NCBI GenBank assembly: GCA_040285855.1 | Contig: JAUFOQ010000016.1 | Location: forward strand, 2,294,001 to 2,358,000 | Source of the DNA: Eukaryota sp. GEM-RC1 | Lineage: Eukaryota | Direction: 5' to 3' | Length of the DNA: 64,000 nucleotides | Shown here: in pieces, positions 51,407 to 63,358 of the stretch | How positions within the stretch are numbered: position 1 is the stretch's first letter | Layout of the letters: each line of letters opens with the position of its first letter | Notes under the pieces: generated by a model | What the model was told of the DNA's origin: nothing | Databases searched by the model: none | What the model saw: only the letters and a program-made list of their open reading frames with translations | Made by a program: the position numbers and the translations under genes

Positions 51407-53217
51407 ATGAAGTCATCAAAAGAACCACCATTATTTCGCTTTCAACCACGTAATCTTCCCGTTGACTGGCACCTGTTCTCATCTATTGATCTTTCGTCAG
51501 TTATTTCTAATCAAGATGTTTCTTCTCTCCAGCGATTAATCACTCCCATTACATTCGCCAACGTCTCTGAAGATCCTGCCTTTTCATTCCTCGACAAACG
51601 TCTTTTGACATTCATTCAATCTGCACAGCTCATCATTGAGTATCTTGTCTTCTCCCAACAACAACTTGTCAGAAGAAACCAACTGTTACAAGCTTGGTCA
51701 ACACCCAAACTTACTCCAACTACTCAAAAGTCCACCCAAACCCAACCTCTACCAACCCTTCCCCATTCTCCCTTCTCTACTACTCCTGTAACTTCATCCA
51801 CCACTCCTATCCGCTCAGCTTATCCCGCTAGCAAATGCCACATATGCGGCAAGGTCTTTGTCTCAGCCAGTTATCTATCATCACACATGGCTAGAAGACA
51901 CTCAACATCACCTCATCCATCCATGGACTTCTCAAGAATTCCACCAAGTCCTGGTGAATTCAATATCACGTCATCACCTTTTAACTTCTCTCCCCAGTTT
52001 AATTCACTTCGGACTCCACGTGATCAGGATCAGGAACCAAAGAGTTCGTCAGTGGATGAGTCTAGTATACAGATGTTGCTGAAAGAAATGCAGGAGTTGC
52101 GCAGGAATTTAGATTATAAAAACAGTGGTGAAAGTGCTTTGGAAACAAGAGTTGTCGTTATTAAAGGAGGAGCTTTTTGAAATGAAACAGTTGCGTGTTG
52201 AATCGTCATCCAAGAAGGCAGGTGAGCCTCATCATGAGAGTCAGTCAATTGATGAGGATCAAGAAGAGAGGACCTTCCTAATTCAGAGGAGTCTTTGAAA
52301 GACAACATGGAGATCAATCGTGATATGGACGATCAATCAGTTGATGATGGCAACCAAAATTCTGAGTCTGAATCAAGTATCGGAAAGCCTCTTGAGGCTG
52401 ATTCAGAGGCAAAATCACCAGTAGCAGTTGAAAATGAAGAAAACCTTCATGTTCCAGCAAAGTCTTTCGAAGGAATCGTGGAGGTCAATCTTGAGTCGGA
52501 TGATCAATCATTTGATGATGACAATCAAAACTCTGAGTCTGAACAATCATCTGTCGATAAGCCTATTGACATTGATTCAGAAGCGACATCACCAGTAGCA
52601 GTTCACAGTGGGAGCTCTAAGGGAGAACCCTCGGAAGAAGAAGTTAGCGAGGTAGATAGAGAAGAAGAGGAAAATAGTGATGTTGATGTCATCAATCAAA
52701 ATGATGAATCAAATGTTGTTAGGGATGATGATGCAGAGGAATTGGAATCAGCAATGGATTCTAATAGTGATTCAGAGGGTCGAAATCAATTAGAGGTCGC
52801 TCATAATCAATCAGATGATCAAATTGATACCAATCAATCTCCAAAGGAAACCCCAATGCTTTCCATATTAGAGGATTTTTCATTCCTTCAAGAGTCTTCA
52901 CTTGAATCTAATGAAGATCATTCCTTTTAAAACCCAGAAATGATCAGAAAAACAATGATCAGAAGCTGGAAACTGTGGTTGAAACTCATGGACTAAACAC
53001 TCAAGATCTCTTCTGTGATTCTGATTCAGTTCTATGTGAGTCAACTGATGATGACGTGTCAGATGGGAGTTATGGTGACGTGGAAGTTGAGATCAATAAT
53101 GTCAGAAATGATTTAGAGGGACGTAAGTCGAATAATGGTGTGTTCGATATGACTTCAAGTCATCGTAAAAGTCAATTAGATGTTGCAAAAGATGAAATAC
53201 GCCGTCTATTAGAGTAA
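51407..53217 (+). CDS. DZIP1/Iguana-like ciliary C2H2 zinc-finger protein with long acidic tail (3 frameshifts)
   Basis: FRFQPRNLPVDWHLFSSIDLSSVISNQDVSSLQRLITPITFANV..AQLIIEYLVFSQQQL (Dzip-like N domain) and CHICGKVFVSASYLSSHMARRH. Confidence 0.85.
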
Positions 53218-53489
53218 GTTTTTTTTGAGTTAAGTTATTTATTTGTATTATATTATCATACCTTTTCATTGGTATTAGAGGGTATTTGTATTGATTTTCG
53301 GCCTTCAGAATTATTGTTAGTGATTACTGTATTGCAATACATTGATTTTTGATTTGTGATTCTTTTTTAGTGGGGTTGATTGTAGAATTCTATAGTGTTC
53401 ATAAATAAACATTGTTTATTAAATTGATATAAGCTTATTTGTAACAATAAATTTAATACAAACTAATTTCAGAAACTTTTGCGATATCG

Positions 53490-53670
53490 ATATACGGTAA
53501 TATTTGGACCAGCTGCACAAGGTTTTTTAACTTCCTTTGGTCAAGTGTGTTCTGAATATGGTAAAGTTTTCAATGAAAATTTTTGGTTGAGTAGGTTAAC
53601 GTTTGCGTTGTTTCGTTCAATGCACAGATATTTTAATTCAATTTTAGGTAAGTTGTTCGGTGATGGACAG
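53490..53670 (+). mobile_element. Third 3'-end relic of the putative RLE retrotransposon family
   Basis: FGPAAQGFLTSFGQVCSEYGKVFNENFWLSRLTFALFRSMHRYFNSILGKLFGD aligns with the peptides at 7780-7935 and 11383-11480. Confidence 0.55.
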
Positions 53671-56600
53671 AAAGATCATAGTTTAGATAGTTTAGTTAGT
53701 GTCTGTTAGTTATTAACTTCTGCGAATGCATTTATTTCACTGATTGATCATAAACCCCGTTTTTGTATTTCCAGAAAAGAAAGTTTATTATATGTTAATC
53801 TATATTTTGTTGGGAGAATGACTCTTCGACTCAACATGGAAAGTACTAATACACCCTCCTTAAAAAATTGTCCTCAATCGGTTCAGTGTTGGTCATAAGA
53901 AATAGTAGTTTCTGATTCGGAATTGACAACTTAATCATGCCCTATCGGTGACATATGGATAGTTTTTGAAGATGCTTAGATGAAGTTGCACGCCTCTGCC
54001 TAAAATAACAATAGTTATAGTACCAATGAACATATCTTGGAAATGAATGTATATTAGAATTTTTGGAATTGTTTATAGTTAAATGTTTACTTGTTTAATT
54101 ACTAGTACTGTGAATGGTGATCACAGTGACCCCTTTTATACTACACCATTAATTACACAAAGTAATTGACTGAAATAGTGGCAATGAATATGCAGGGCTC
54201 TGTAATGTTGGATTGCCATATAGTGGCACTGTTTTTTGCCCTTCCAGTCAATACTGGACATTGACCAATATATTGGTCAATGTTGCAACGACTTTGCAAC
54301 TGTCAAACATAGAAGATTTCCTAAGGAATAGAGTATAAAGAAGATTTATATTTAATAAATTGTGTTTTTCGATTGTTGTTTTCAAGTCAACATAATGAGA
54401 TCAATTTATTGTATAAACCAGTACACACCCATAAGTTCACTTCAAACTTAAGTGTACTAATGAGAAACTGATATAATCTGAGCTTTTGATATAATGATTG
54501 GGTTGAAATCGTTTTTAGTAAACTAGCCTAGTTTAGACCTCGCACACTCTTTTTAACATTGACGTATTACCACAGTCACATTGCCCAGCATGAGTGACCT
54601 TGTCACCCCACTGTTACATTCTCATTCATGTCCGGCAATAATAAACGAGAGAACACATTACGACTGTAGTGAGCAGTAATGTGTGACGAAAGTGGACCTC
54701 GAAGACTAGCTCTGACTCAAAAGATCCAAGTGATGAACATCAATGCTGAACAATACAGAGCTTACCTCGAAACATTGACTTTTCCCTTATAAATACAATG
54801 TCATCTAATAAAAGACTCTATTTGAAAGTATAAATGAAAATGGTAAAATTGTATATAGTTTGTCTCAGTTGGGCTTGGACAAACTAACAAAAAATGATGA
54901 ACATCAAATTCGATTTTCTCGGAGTACATTTTATTCGAGAGGTCTTTATTCTTGGTCGTTTCTTTGGAGTACCGGCTCAAAAAGTAGACGGGGAGCAGTT
55001 CCACCACGTCAGAACAGTTGCTGTCCAGAGCACCCCTCGTTGCTCGACTGTTCGTGCTCCAGCACAAACACTTGGCGTATTGGCTGACTGGACAGCAGTA
55101 CTGGTACCAGTGTTTTGACTTTGTTTGTATGGATCCGTCCTCCAAGACGATACCAGTGCGGGAGCCTTTTGGTGAGCACACTGAGGTGTTCAATGCTCTC
55201 TTAGATTGCTCAGACCGTCCAGGCTGTACGTTCCCTCCAATTGGTGTTAAACCCCCATGCAAGGAAAGGAGGTGTCCCATCAACTCGGCATACTCGGACC
55301 TGTTTAGTGCAAGAGCACAACAGCTTGCAGCTGCTTTTCAGCAGCTGATGACGGATGGCTTGGTTAGTTGGAAGCTTAACTTCTTTCGAACCACAGCTAC
55401 CTACTGTCTTTGACCCTCTCCAAAGCAGCACGCTTCTATGGATCTGAGTCACCGCATAGATCTGAGCCTCTTCGTCCTTGGTGGACCACTTGGTGATGGA
55501 CCCAGAACGAGTGAATGTCCTCTTGACCACTCCAATGACTGTGTTGACGGAGTTCAAGTTGCATTTAATTGCCCTCCTCTTGCTTTCTTCACTGCAGACA
55601 TGCTAATCAAACACAATTGAAAATAGTCAAATCACAGCTCTTTGCATCAAATTACGAAATTCCACTATAGGAGCTCCAAAGTTTTATCCAAAATATTGCA
55701 AATTGATCAAAAAATATACAATCACAGAATCTTCCAAATGTTAAAGAAGCTGAGTGGTATACTCATCGTAATATGACAATAAAGGATTCTGAGTAGTGGA
55801 AATTTCTTCCAACACTGGATAGAAACATGAGCAAATTTTGTCCTAATAAACGAGAATTATCCTTCGGGTCAGCTCAGGACAAGTAGCCAGATAAATCCGA
55901 TCAAAGTTGTGCCGGCAAATTTAACGATGGTTAGTAGGTATCTTTTGCTGACGTGATATAAATTGCATTTGTCTTTTATGGCGAACATTCTTGCCTGATG
56001 TCTTCTTCTTTCATCAATGAAATCATCAACAAAGAGAGCCAACTGATGTATTTATTTTATGGGGCTAAACGTTTAACTATTTCATCTTTTTGTAAGTACA
56101 GTATAAGTAAGGAGATTCCCTATCTACTATCCAGCCTCAACACAATGGAACCGCTCCAATGTATTGTGGGTTCTTCTGTATCTCCAATTCCGTTCTGTTC
56201 AGTCTTCACTAAAGATTTGATTGCAAAGGGATTGGGGATGACATAGTTGTAGTTGCAGTTGTAGTTTTCTATGTATTTTGACTGGGCCAATGTCTTTTGA
56301 CATTTGGACCAATGTGCACAAAAAAAGAAAGACATTGGTCCGAAAATTTCTTTATTTTACAAGTAAAAATGTCTCGTATTTAATTACTATGATTTTTACC
56401 AATGTCTTTCTTTAAAGAAACACATTGGTCCAATGTCTTTTGATTGTTTATAATATTTTCTTTTGTTGAGCCTAGTCATGTGGGGTTTTCCTTCTTTATT
56501 CGTTTTCACTGCGTGATTGTGAATTTGGAATGAATGTCTCAACACAATGGAACTATAGGGTTAATTAAACTATAATTAGGCCATAATTATTCTTCTTTTT

Positions 56601-57128
56601 GTGATAAACTTTCTTTGTAAGGATTGTTTCTATTGGGAACAGGAGGTAGGGATAGTAAACATCATCTTTTCTCAAAACAAACGAAAGTGTAAGTAATTTG
56701 TAGGACATTTTATTTTAATTATTTTAATTTATTATGACATCACTGTGTTCATTGTGTCTAGAGAAAGTTGAAAACAGAAGGAAGACACATTATGGGAAAA
56801 TCTGATCAGAAGTGATGAGTATTTATTTTTCAAAAAAAGGAGAGCACCCACAACTTAACATTAGGTATCTAGAGAGTTGACAGTAACAGAATTGTCAAGG
56901 AAAGTGCTTAGAAGATTGATTGGCAGAAAGAATACTCCACCAAATCCACTATCAACAGTAGCTACCCTGGAAGCTGACCAGGAACATCCTATATTTCCTA
57001 TTATTCCAACACTAACCATTCTCTTCAATAACAATCATGGTATCCGGGCTTTACTAAGAGTATTCAGTTACTCGAGGCATTGTTCGTTTCTTCTTCTTTC
57101 TTTAACCTTGAACTTCATTCCTTCTACC

Positions 57129-57206
57129 ATGAACAATCCCTTTGATAACAATCCTTTCAGGATAGACCTAACTGTTGACGGCGATATTGAATGCAATCCA
57201 GGTCCG
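57129..57206 (+). other. 2A-like (StopGo) ribosomal skipping peptide
   Basis: ATG 57129 encodes MNNPFDNNPFRIDLTVDGDIECNPG-P, an exact D(V/I)ExNPG/P consensus with the DLTxxG context seen in viral 2As. Confidence 0.85.
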
Positions 57207-58775
57207 CCCAAAAACAATAAACCAAAAAAAGCCACGTGTGTGTCCCTAAACATTGATTTGGTTACAAGGTATATGTTAATTGGGGTGCGACGCCTCAATG
57301 GGTAAGTATTCCAATGACATTAAAGTGACTAAGTACTGAAAATATATAATTCCACACTCTAAAAGTTGGTTCTTCTTCTCGCTTCTTTCTTTTCACCCAA
57401 TAGTCACAAGGCTATTAAGAGCATACAAACAGGATTAAGTTACTCGCTGTATGTTTTTTTAAGACTGACCTTACGATTTGCGAAGACATTGAGTCTCCTT
57501 AAAAAAAGGTCCACAGAACAAAAACAAAAGAAGAGTTCGCCCCAACCAGAAAGCCGGATACCAAGTCTTTGTATCGACAAGGAACGACCTTACTATTGAA
57601 TAAAGAATGATGAACCTTTACGCTTCCAGTCTCAATGGCTTGGGATTTTAAAAAACACCTCATCAAGACACGTAGGGACCACGATTCTGAAGATCCTCAA
57701 TTAGAAAGATTACCACCAGAAGACCAGCAGTCTTTGAGTTCGTGGTATACTATTCTCCACTGGAATAGATCTCCTACCCAGAAGAGAGAGTTTCATTCAA
57801 GGACAGGTTGTTCCATTTTGGTCTGAAGATGAAGTTCAACAATTTTCACCTGCATTTCAAAAAGAACTATTATTTTTATTCAATTTGAAAAATAAAGTTG
57901 TAATAAGTATGTTTAAACTTAATGTGTGTTAAAACTGCTAGCGACATGAAAAGACAAGGATTCTAAGTACTGGCAATTTCTTCCAGCACTGAATAGAACC
58001 ATTAACAAATTTTAAAAAAAATCATTTTTGAAATAAAGGAAAGTCAATCACACGCAGAATGAGCAGATACAGACTTTTCAAAAAAGAAACAACGAATCGA
58101 AGAGAAACTCAAGCAAATTTTTGAACTCGACGAAAAGGTTTAGTTCAACGACCACTGAAGCTGATGTGGAAGAGACGGAAAAGGTCAGTGTTGGAGTTTA
58201 GAGTGTTGTACAAAGAGACGTAAACTCTGGAATCGAGACTTCAATAGCTGCTTGAATCTTCTGGAGATTGTTGAGTGTACTATAATATTCCAATAACAAT
58301 AACCATTACGGAGACAAACTGTATGGAGCCAGAAGACAAGGATTCTGAATTCTGATGAGCGTACATCAACAATGTTCACAATTGACGTTCCAGCAAAGAG
58401 TTGATCATGTAGACGAGAGGAGGACGGCAGAGGATGGTACCCTTAAGGAATAGAATCAACCAACCAACTGAAGGCCAAGGACACACTCTGTTCAGAACTA
58501 TTCCAGTTCCTAAGTCGATATAGATCAGATTGAACAATCTAAGATCTGCCAACCTTATCTACCACTTAGTGAGAGGGTTAGAATGACTTCGATATAATGC
58601 TCCCGACCGACCACAAAAGAAGAGAGTGGACCCTTTTACATCAAGAAAGGGAAAGATGGAAGGGAAGTCTAACGTCGAGCCGAGTTTGAGTCTGAGCAGG
58701 AACTTGAGAACCAGACAGAACTCGCAAAGTCTTCTCAAAAACTTCTGAACCTTTCTCATCTTCTACAAAATCTTA

Positions 58776-59855
58776 ATGCGTGTCTGTGTCACAGGATGTG
58801 TTCATGGGTGCTTAGACTCTGTTTATAACACTCTCGGTAATCAATCCATTGACCTCGTCATTTGTACTGGTGACTTTCAAGCTGTTAGAAATGAATCCGA
58901 TCTCATATCTCTCTCATGCCCCACAAAATATCTCAAATATGGAGACTTCCTTCCTTATTACAACAAAGAGAAGACAGCTCCCGTACTGACTCTCGTAATT
59001 GGAGGAAATCATGAAGCTAGCAGCTTCTTTGCTGAGTTAAAAGACGGTGGTTGGCTTTGTCACAACATATATTTCCTTGGTTTTTCTGGTGTTGTCAAGG
59101 TTGGTGGTCTCACCATCGCAGGACTATCTGGAATCCATAAGCAACATGATTTCTACAAGGGTTATAGTGAACGTTTCCCCTTAAATGAATCAGACAAGAG
59201 GTCAATATATCACGTTCGTCAGTTTGAAGTCACAAAACTACTGGCACTCAAGGACGATATTGATATCTTTGTTTCTCATGATTGGCCTAGAGACATTACT
59301 AAATTTGGTGATACAAAGACTCTATTCCGACTCAAACCTTATCTTAAAAAGGATGTTAGAGCTAATTCACTTGGATGTTCTGGATTACAACAAATCCTGG
59401 ATCTCAAGCAACCATCCTTAATGTTCTCTTCCCACCACCATGTTAAATGGGACTGTGTTTCTGGATCTACCTCCTTCTTGGCTCTCTCTCATGTAGAACG
59501 TTTCCCAAAGCAAGCTTTTCATTTCTTTGATATACCATCCACTGGAAATCAGCTGGAGTATCATCCTGAATGGTTGGCCATTGTTAAGAAGTCTCAGCAA
59601 GTGTTTCCGCACTTCAAGACACGTGTTACGTTTACACCAGATCAGTTTGTTGTCAATCAAAGTGAGATTGATGATGTTTTGCGTTCTTTGCCATCATTAC
59701 TTGTTGATCGTCAGGATTCTCACCAATTGTCTTCTGATTCTACTGAAGATTCATCTTTAATTGAAGTAAGAGAGATTTTAAATTTACAAAGTAATTGGAA
59801 TGATCACTCTTGGAAAGTAGACGATCTTCATAACAATCTGGTCACGTTTACGTGA
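58776..59855 (+). CDS. DBR1: Lariat debranching enzyme
   Basis: GCVHG, GDFQAVRN..DL..CPTKY..GDF..YY..APVLTLVIGGNHEA, GGWLCHNIYFLG, SIYHVRQFEV, SHDWP. Intact ORF. Confidence 0.95.
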   Translation: MRVCVTGCVHGCLDSVYNTLGNQSIDLVICTGDFQAVRNESDLISLSCPTKYLKYGDFLPYYNKEKTAPVLTLVIGGNHEASSFFAELKDGGWLCHNIYFLGFSGVVKVGGLTIAGLSGIHKQHDFYKGYSERFPLNESDKRSIYHVRQFEVTKLLALKDDIDIFVSHDWPRDITKFGDTKTLFRLKPYLKKDVRANSLGCSGLQQILDLKQPSLMFSSHHHVKWDCVSGSTSFLALSHVERFPKQAFHFFDIPSTGNQLEYHPEWLAIVKKSQQVFPHFKTRVTFTPDQFVVNQSEIDDVLRSLPSLLVDRQDSHQLSSDSTEDSSLIEVREILNLQSNWNDHSWKVDDLHNNLVTFT

Positions 59856-60496
59856 GATTTTTAATTGTTCGTTAGTAATTGTTTGAACTTAGACTTTTGT
59901 GAGTTGTGTTTTTCAATTTTCATTGACTGAATTTCTTTGTTCATTTCGTTCTTCTTAACTTTTCACTCTGACAGAAGTTGATGATCTTGTTCACTTGTTT
60001 TTGCTTGATAGGATGACTGTTGTGAGTCACCGTTATGTTCCACCAGTGGATGTGACCAGAAGTTGTTGGCTACTCGTCTCTCTGGTTGTTAACATGATGA
60101 ACTTTTAATACAACATTTTGAATGTAGTCCCTTTCGGTTTTCAACTAGAAGAGAAGTTCAATATGTTCAATTTAATTGTACTGCTGGAGAATTTTGAACA
60201 AAGGAGGAGTTTGGACATTTGTCTTTGTTCAAATCTGCAGATGTCCGCTATCAAGTTTAGTTTGCAGCACGAATAAATTCAAAATTAGAAAAAATTGGTT
60301 TTGGTAAACGATAGAGTAAACGTGGTTGGTAATTTAAATTTTGAAGTTGAGAACTAAATTGATTAGAGTGTTCCAACATTCTTCACAGTTTCTATAGATT
60401 GTTCATGGTACGGGAGCACTGTTGTCTAACAAAGTCTATCCACCAACTTCTTGACAAAGTGTTCAAAGAATTTTGACTCGAAAAATTCTTTCATAC

Positions 60497-61279
60497 ATGT
60501 CTTCTATCAATGTAGTAGATGACTCAATACCACAACATAAATGGATCCTTAAATCTACAAACGATCCTGGGTTTCTTTGGAAACCGTTTTCTGAAAGGGA
60601 ATACCGGTTCTACACCGAAATCCATAGATATCCACATTTTCGTAAGTTTCTTCCAGTTTTTGGAGGGCTCGTTACTGTTTCCGATCACTGCTTTCTAAGG
60701 CTATCTGATATAACATGTAACATGTCCAAACCTTGTGTGGTTGATATCAAAATGGGAACTCGGCAACATGGAATCCTTGGTATTGATGCTACATCGGATA
60801 AGATTAGTAGAGCTATACACAAAGTCAACACAACGACTTCTTTCTCTCTAGGTTTTCGTGTTAAACAGTTCTCCATGTTCATAGATGATCAATTCATCAA
60901 AGTTCCTAAGTCATTTGGTCGAAGTCTGGATAAGAACGCGATGATCTGTTTTCTTAAGGAGTTTTTCCAGTGTAGTAATACTGGCTTATCTATACCGGTT
61001 TTAACAAAACTTTTCAACAAACTGCTGGCCATATACCGTGTTTTTCATAGTTATGGAGACGAAAGACCATTTGTGTTTTATTCATCTTCCCTGTTGATAG
61101 CGTACGATGCTTGTTCAAAAGCAAACTTTGATGTTAATATCGCTATGATTGATTTTGCTCATACACATTCATCTTTTGGAAGAGATATTGATGATGGATA
61201 TGCAAAAGGTCTATGCCATTTACTCTGCTATATTCACTTTTTGCTATTGTCTTCAGGTCAATCTCTGAGAGGTGTATAG
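60497..61279 (+). CDS. Inositol polyphosphate kinase (IPK/IP6K/IPMK family)
   Basis: KPCVVDIKMGTRQ (PxxxDxKxG), TTSFSLGFRV, FYSSSLLIAYD, MIDFAH, DDGY..GL. Confidence 0.93.
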   Translation: MSSINVVDDSIPQHKWILKSTNDPGFLWKPFSEREYRFYTEIHRYPHFRKFLPVFGGLVTVSDHCFLRLSDITCNMSKPCVVDIKMGTRQHGILGIDATSDKISRAIHKVNTTTSFSLGFRVKQFSMFIDDQFIKVPKSFGRSLDKNAMICFLKEFFQCSNTGLSIPVLTKLFNKLLAIYRVFHSYGDERPFVFYSSSLLIAYDACSKANFDVNIAMIDFAHTHSSFGRDIDDGYAKGLCHLLCYIHFLLLSSGQSLRGV

Positions 61280-61604
61280 TAGTTTTACTCAATCCTCACT
61301 TATCCATGGGGATTTACTTATTCTCTTTGTAATGACTTCTGCTTCCTCTAATAGATGAACTGGTCGTGTATCAGCACGAGTTTAAATGTGACTGTTTTCA
61401 CTCATTTTAAATCAATCAACTGTTTTTAGAAACGATTTCAGTACAATGTATTTGTGATTGCTTGGTAATTTAGCTGCAAGTAACAACTGATTCGTTTTTG
61501 CTAACCGTAGTCCGTTGATTGTAATATATCCAATAGATATCATCTATATTACGATTGATCTGTTCACCATTAAGCTACTGTAGTTTTCGCTGAAGTATAT
61601 ATGG

Positions 61605-62357
61605 TAGGGCTCCCGTTTTTCACCTGGCGACTCACCCGGTGACCACCCGGTGAGGGTCACCTCACCTCACCTGAGTCACCCCAATAAAATAATTCGGGTG
61701 ACCCCGGGTGAAATTCTGATTTTGTGGGGTCACCTCACCTCACCCTATACTAAAGACTGATTCTTTCAAAATGACTTAAATTCTTTTTTTTTCTAGTATT
61801 GTTTTACGTACAGATAAGCAGTTTTGACTGTATTACATTCTACAACAGTAACAAAAAAGCATATTGAAGAAAAAAATTCATTTTGTGATAACACTTTTCG
61901 AGATAAACGAAACGCTATACTTCGATTCCCTCTATCTACTCACTCTGATGGTATAACAGTTAGAGAATTACCCAGAGCCTAATTACTAGACTTTTTAAGC
62001 ATACGATGAATGGGCTTGGTATCAAATTTCTCATGGGATACACACAGAAGAAGTACAAATCTGTCTGTTTAAATGATTGGATGTCATTCCTGAATTGAAT
62101 CTACTCTTGTTCTTAGTTTTGTATTTCATTTGCAATTTACAAAGAACCTCAACTTTGTTTCAGTTATAAGGAGTAATGTGAAAGTGTGTGTCACATATTG
62201 ATATTTTTTACCAATATATTGTACCAGGTGACACTGGGTGGAACGGGTGAGTCCAGGTGACACTGGGTGACGGCGGGTGAGCAAAAGTCTGGGTGACCCC
62301 AGGTGAAATTTGGAAAAGTTGGGTGAGGTGAGGTCACCGGGTGAAACGGGAACCCTA
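61605..62357. mobile_element. Non-autonomous hAT-type element/MITE (753 bp)
   Basis: TIRs TAGGGCTCCCGTTT / AAACGGGAACCCTA, subterminal TCACC/GGTGA arrays, perfect 8-bp TSD ATATATGG at 61597-61604 and 62358-62365. Confidence 0.95.
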
Positions 62358-62400
62358 ATATATGGGCATACAAAAAACATACTAGTACATTATAGCAGAT

Positions 62401-63358
62401 TTATTGGAACACGTCTCCAACAAAAGAAGTTCTGTTAACCTCCAAATCAGGAAACAATCTCTGTAGTCGATGTGTTAATACATTTTCAAAGATTGCTTCA
62501 GTATTCCAATGCCCTGCATCAATGATAGTTAATCCAGCATCAACTGCAGCTTGAACTGAATGATACGACACGTCACCAGTTATGAAGACGTCCACAGAAG
62601 TATCCAATTGTGAAAGAACTGAACTTCCAGATCCAGTAACAATGGCAACTTTCTGAACCGTCTTGTTCAAGTCTTGAGATGTTCTTACTGGTCCAATGTG
62701 TTTACCAGCTAGATGCTCCTGGAAGCCTTGCTCTAGTTTAACAAGTAGATCGGACAGTGAAGAGGCGGAAGGAAGTGACCCTATTCTGCCCATTCCATGA
62801 GAAAGCTCAACTGGGGCAAAGCTTGGATTTCTAAGTAAAGAATCGGTAGGATCATAAAACAGGACAAAGGATCGCCTTGAGTCACGAGAAGTGGTTAAGC
62901 AACGGCCCATGTCAACGTCAGTGAGTACATTTGTATCAATTGAACCATAGACAGGTTTCACAGCTGTCTTGGATGGTACAATGGGAGCCAAATTACAAAG
63001 ACCCAAAAGTAAAACCGAGGAAATCATTGAGGCCACCAACAGCCGAATCAGCTGGAGTATGTATAGAAATTAAGTTGATGTCATGTTTGATGAGCCGTAT
63101 AACACGATTTGAGACAGGTTTGACTGGTGTTATACTTGCAAGTGGTTGAAAGATGAGTGGATGATGAGTAATGAGCACATTTAAGCCTCCATCGATGCAT
63201 TCATCTATGACATCGTCACGACAATCAAGTGAAACAAGAACCTTTTTGATTGTAGCATTGGGATCGCCAACTTGAAGTGGGTGTTTGACATCCCAATCTT
63301 CACGCAATTCAAATGGGAAGAGAGTATCAAGGGTTTGACAAAGTTCGGAAATTAGCAT
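62401..63358 (-). CDS. NIF3/YqfO (DUF34) metal-binding protein (frameshift near 63012)
   Basis: EDWD..LQVGD..KKVLVSLD, LITHHPLIF, SIHTPADSAVGGLND, GMGRIG, KVAIVTGSG, DVFITGDVSYH, IDAGHWNTE. Confidence 0.93.

Noticed and set aside
57302..57365. GTAAGT after the 2A ORF as an intron donor
   Set aside because: Splicing to the AG at 57365 gives only a short frame, and there is no clear branch motif.
58020..58760. Purine-rich coding-like stretch upstream of DBR1
   Set aside because: Stops in all frames and no identifiable family.
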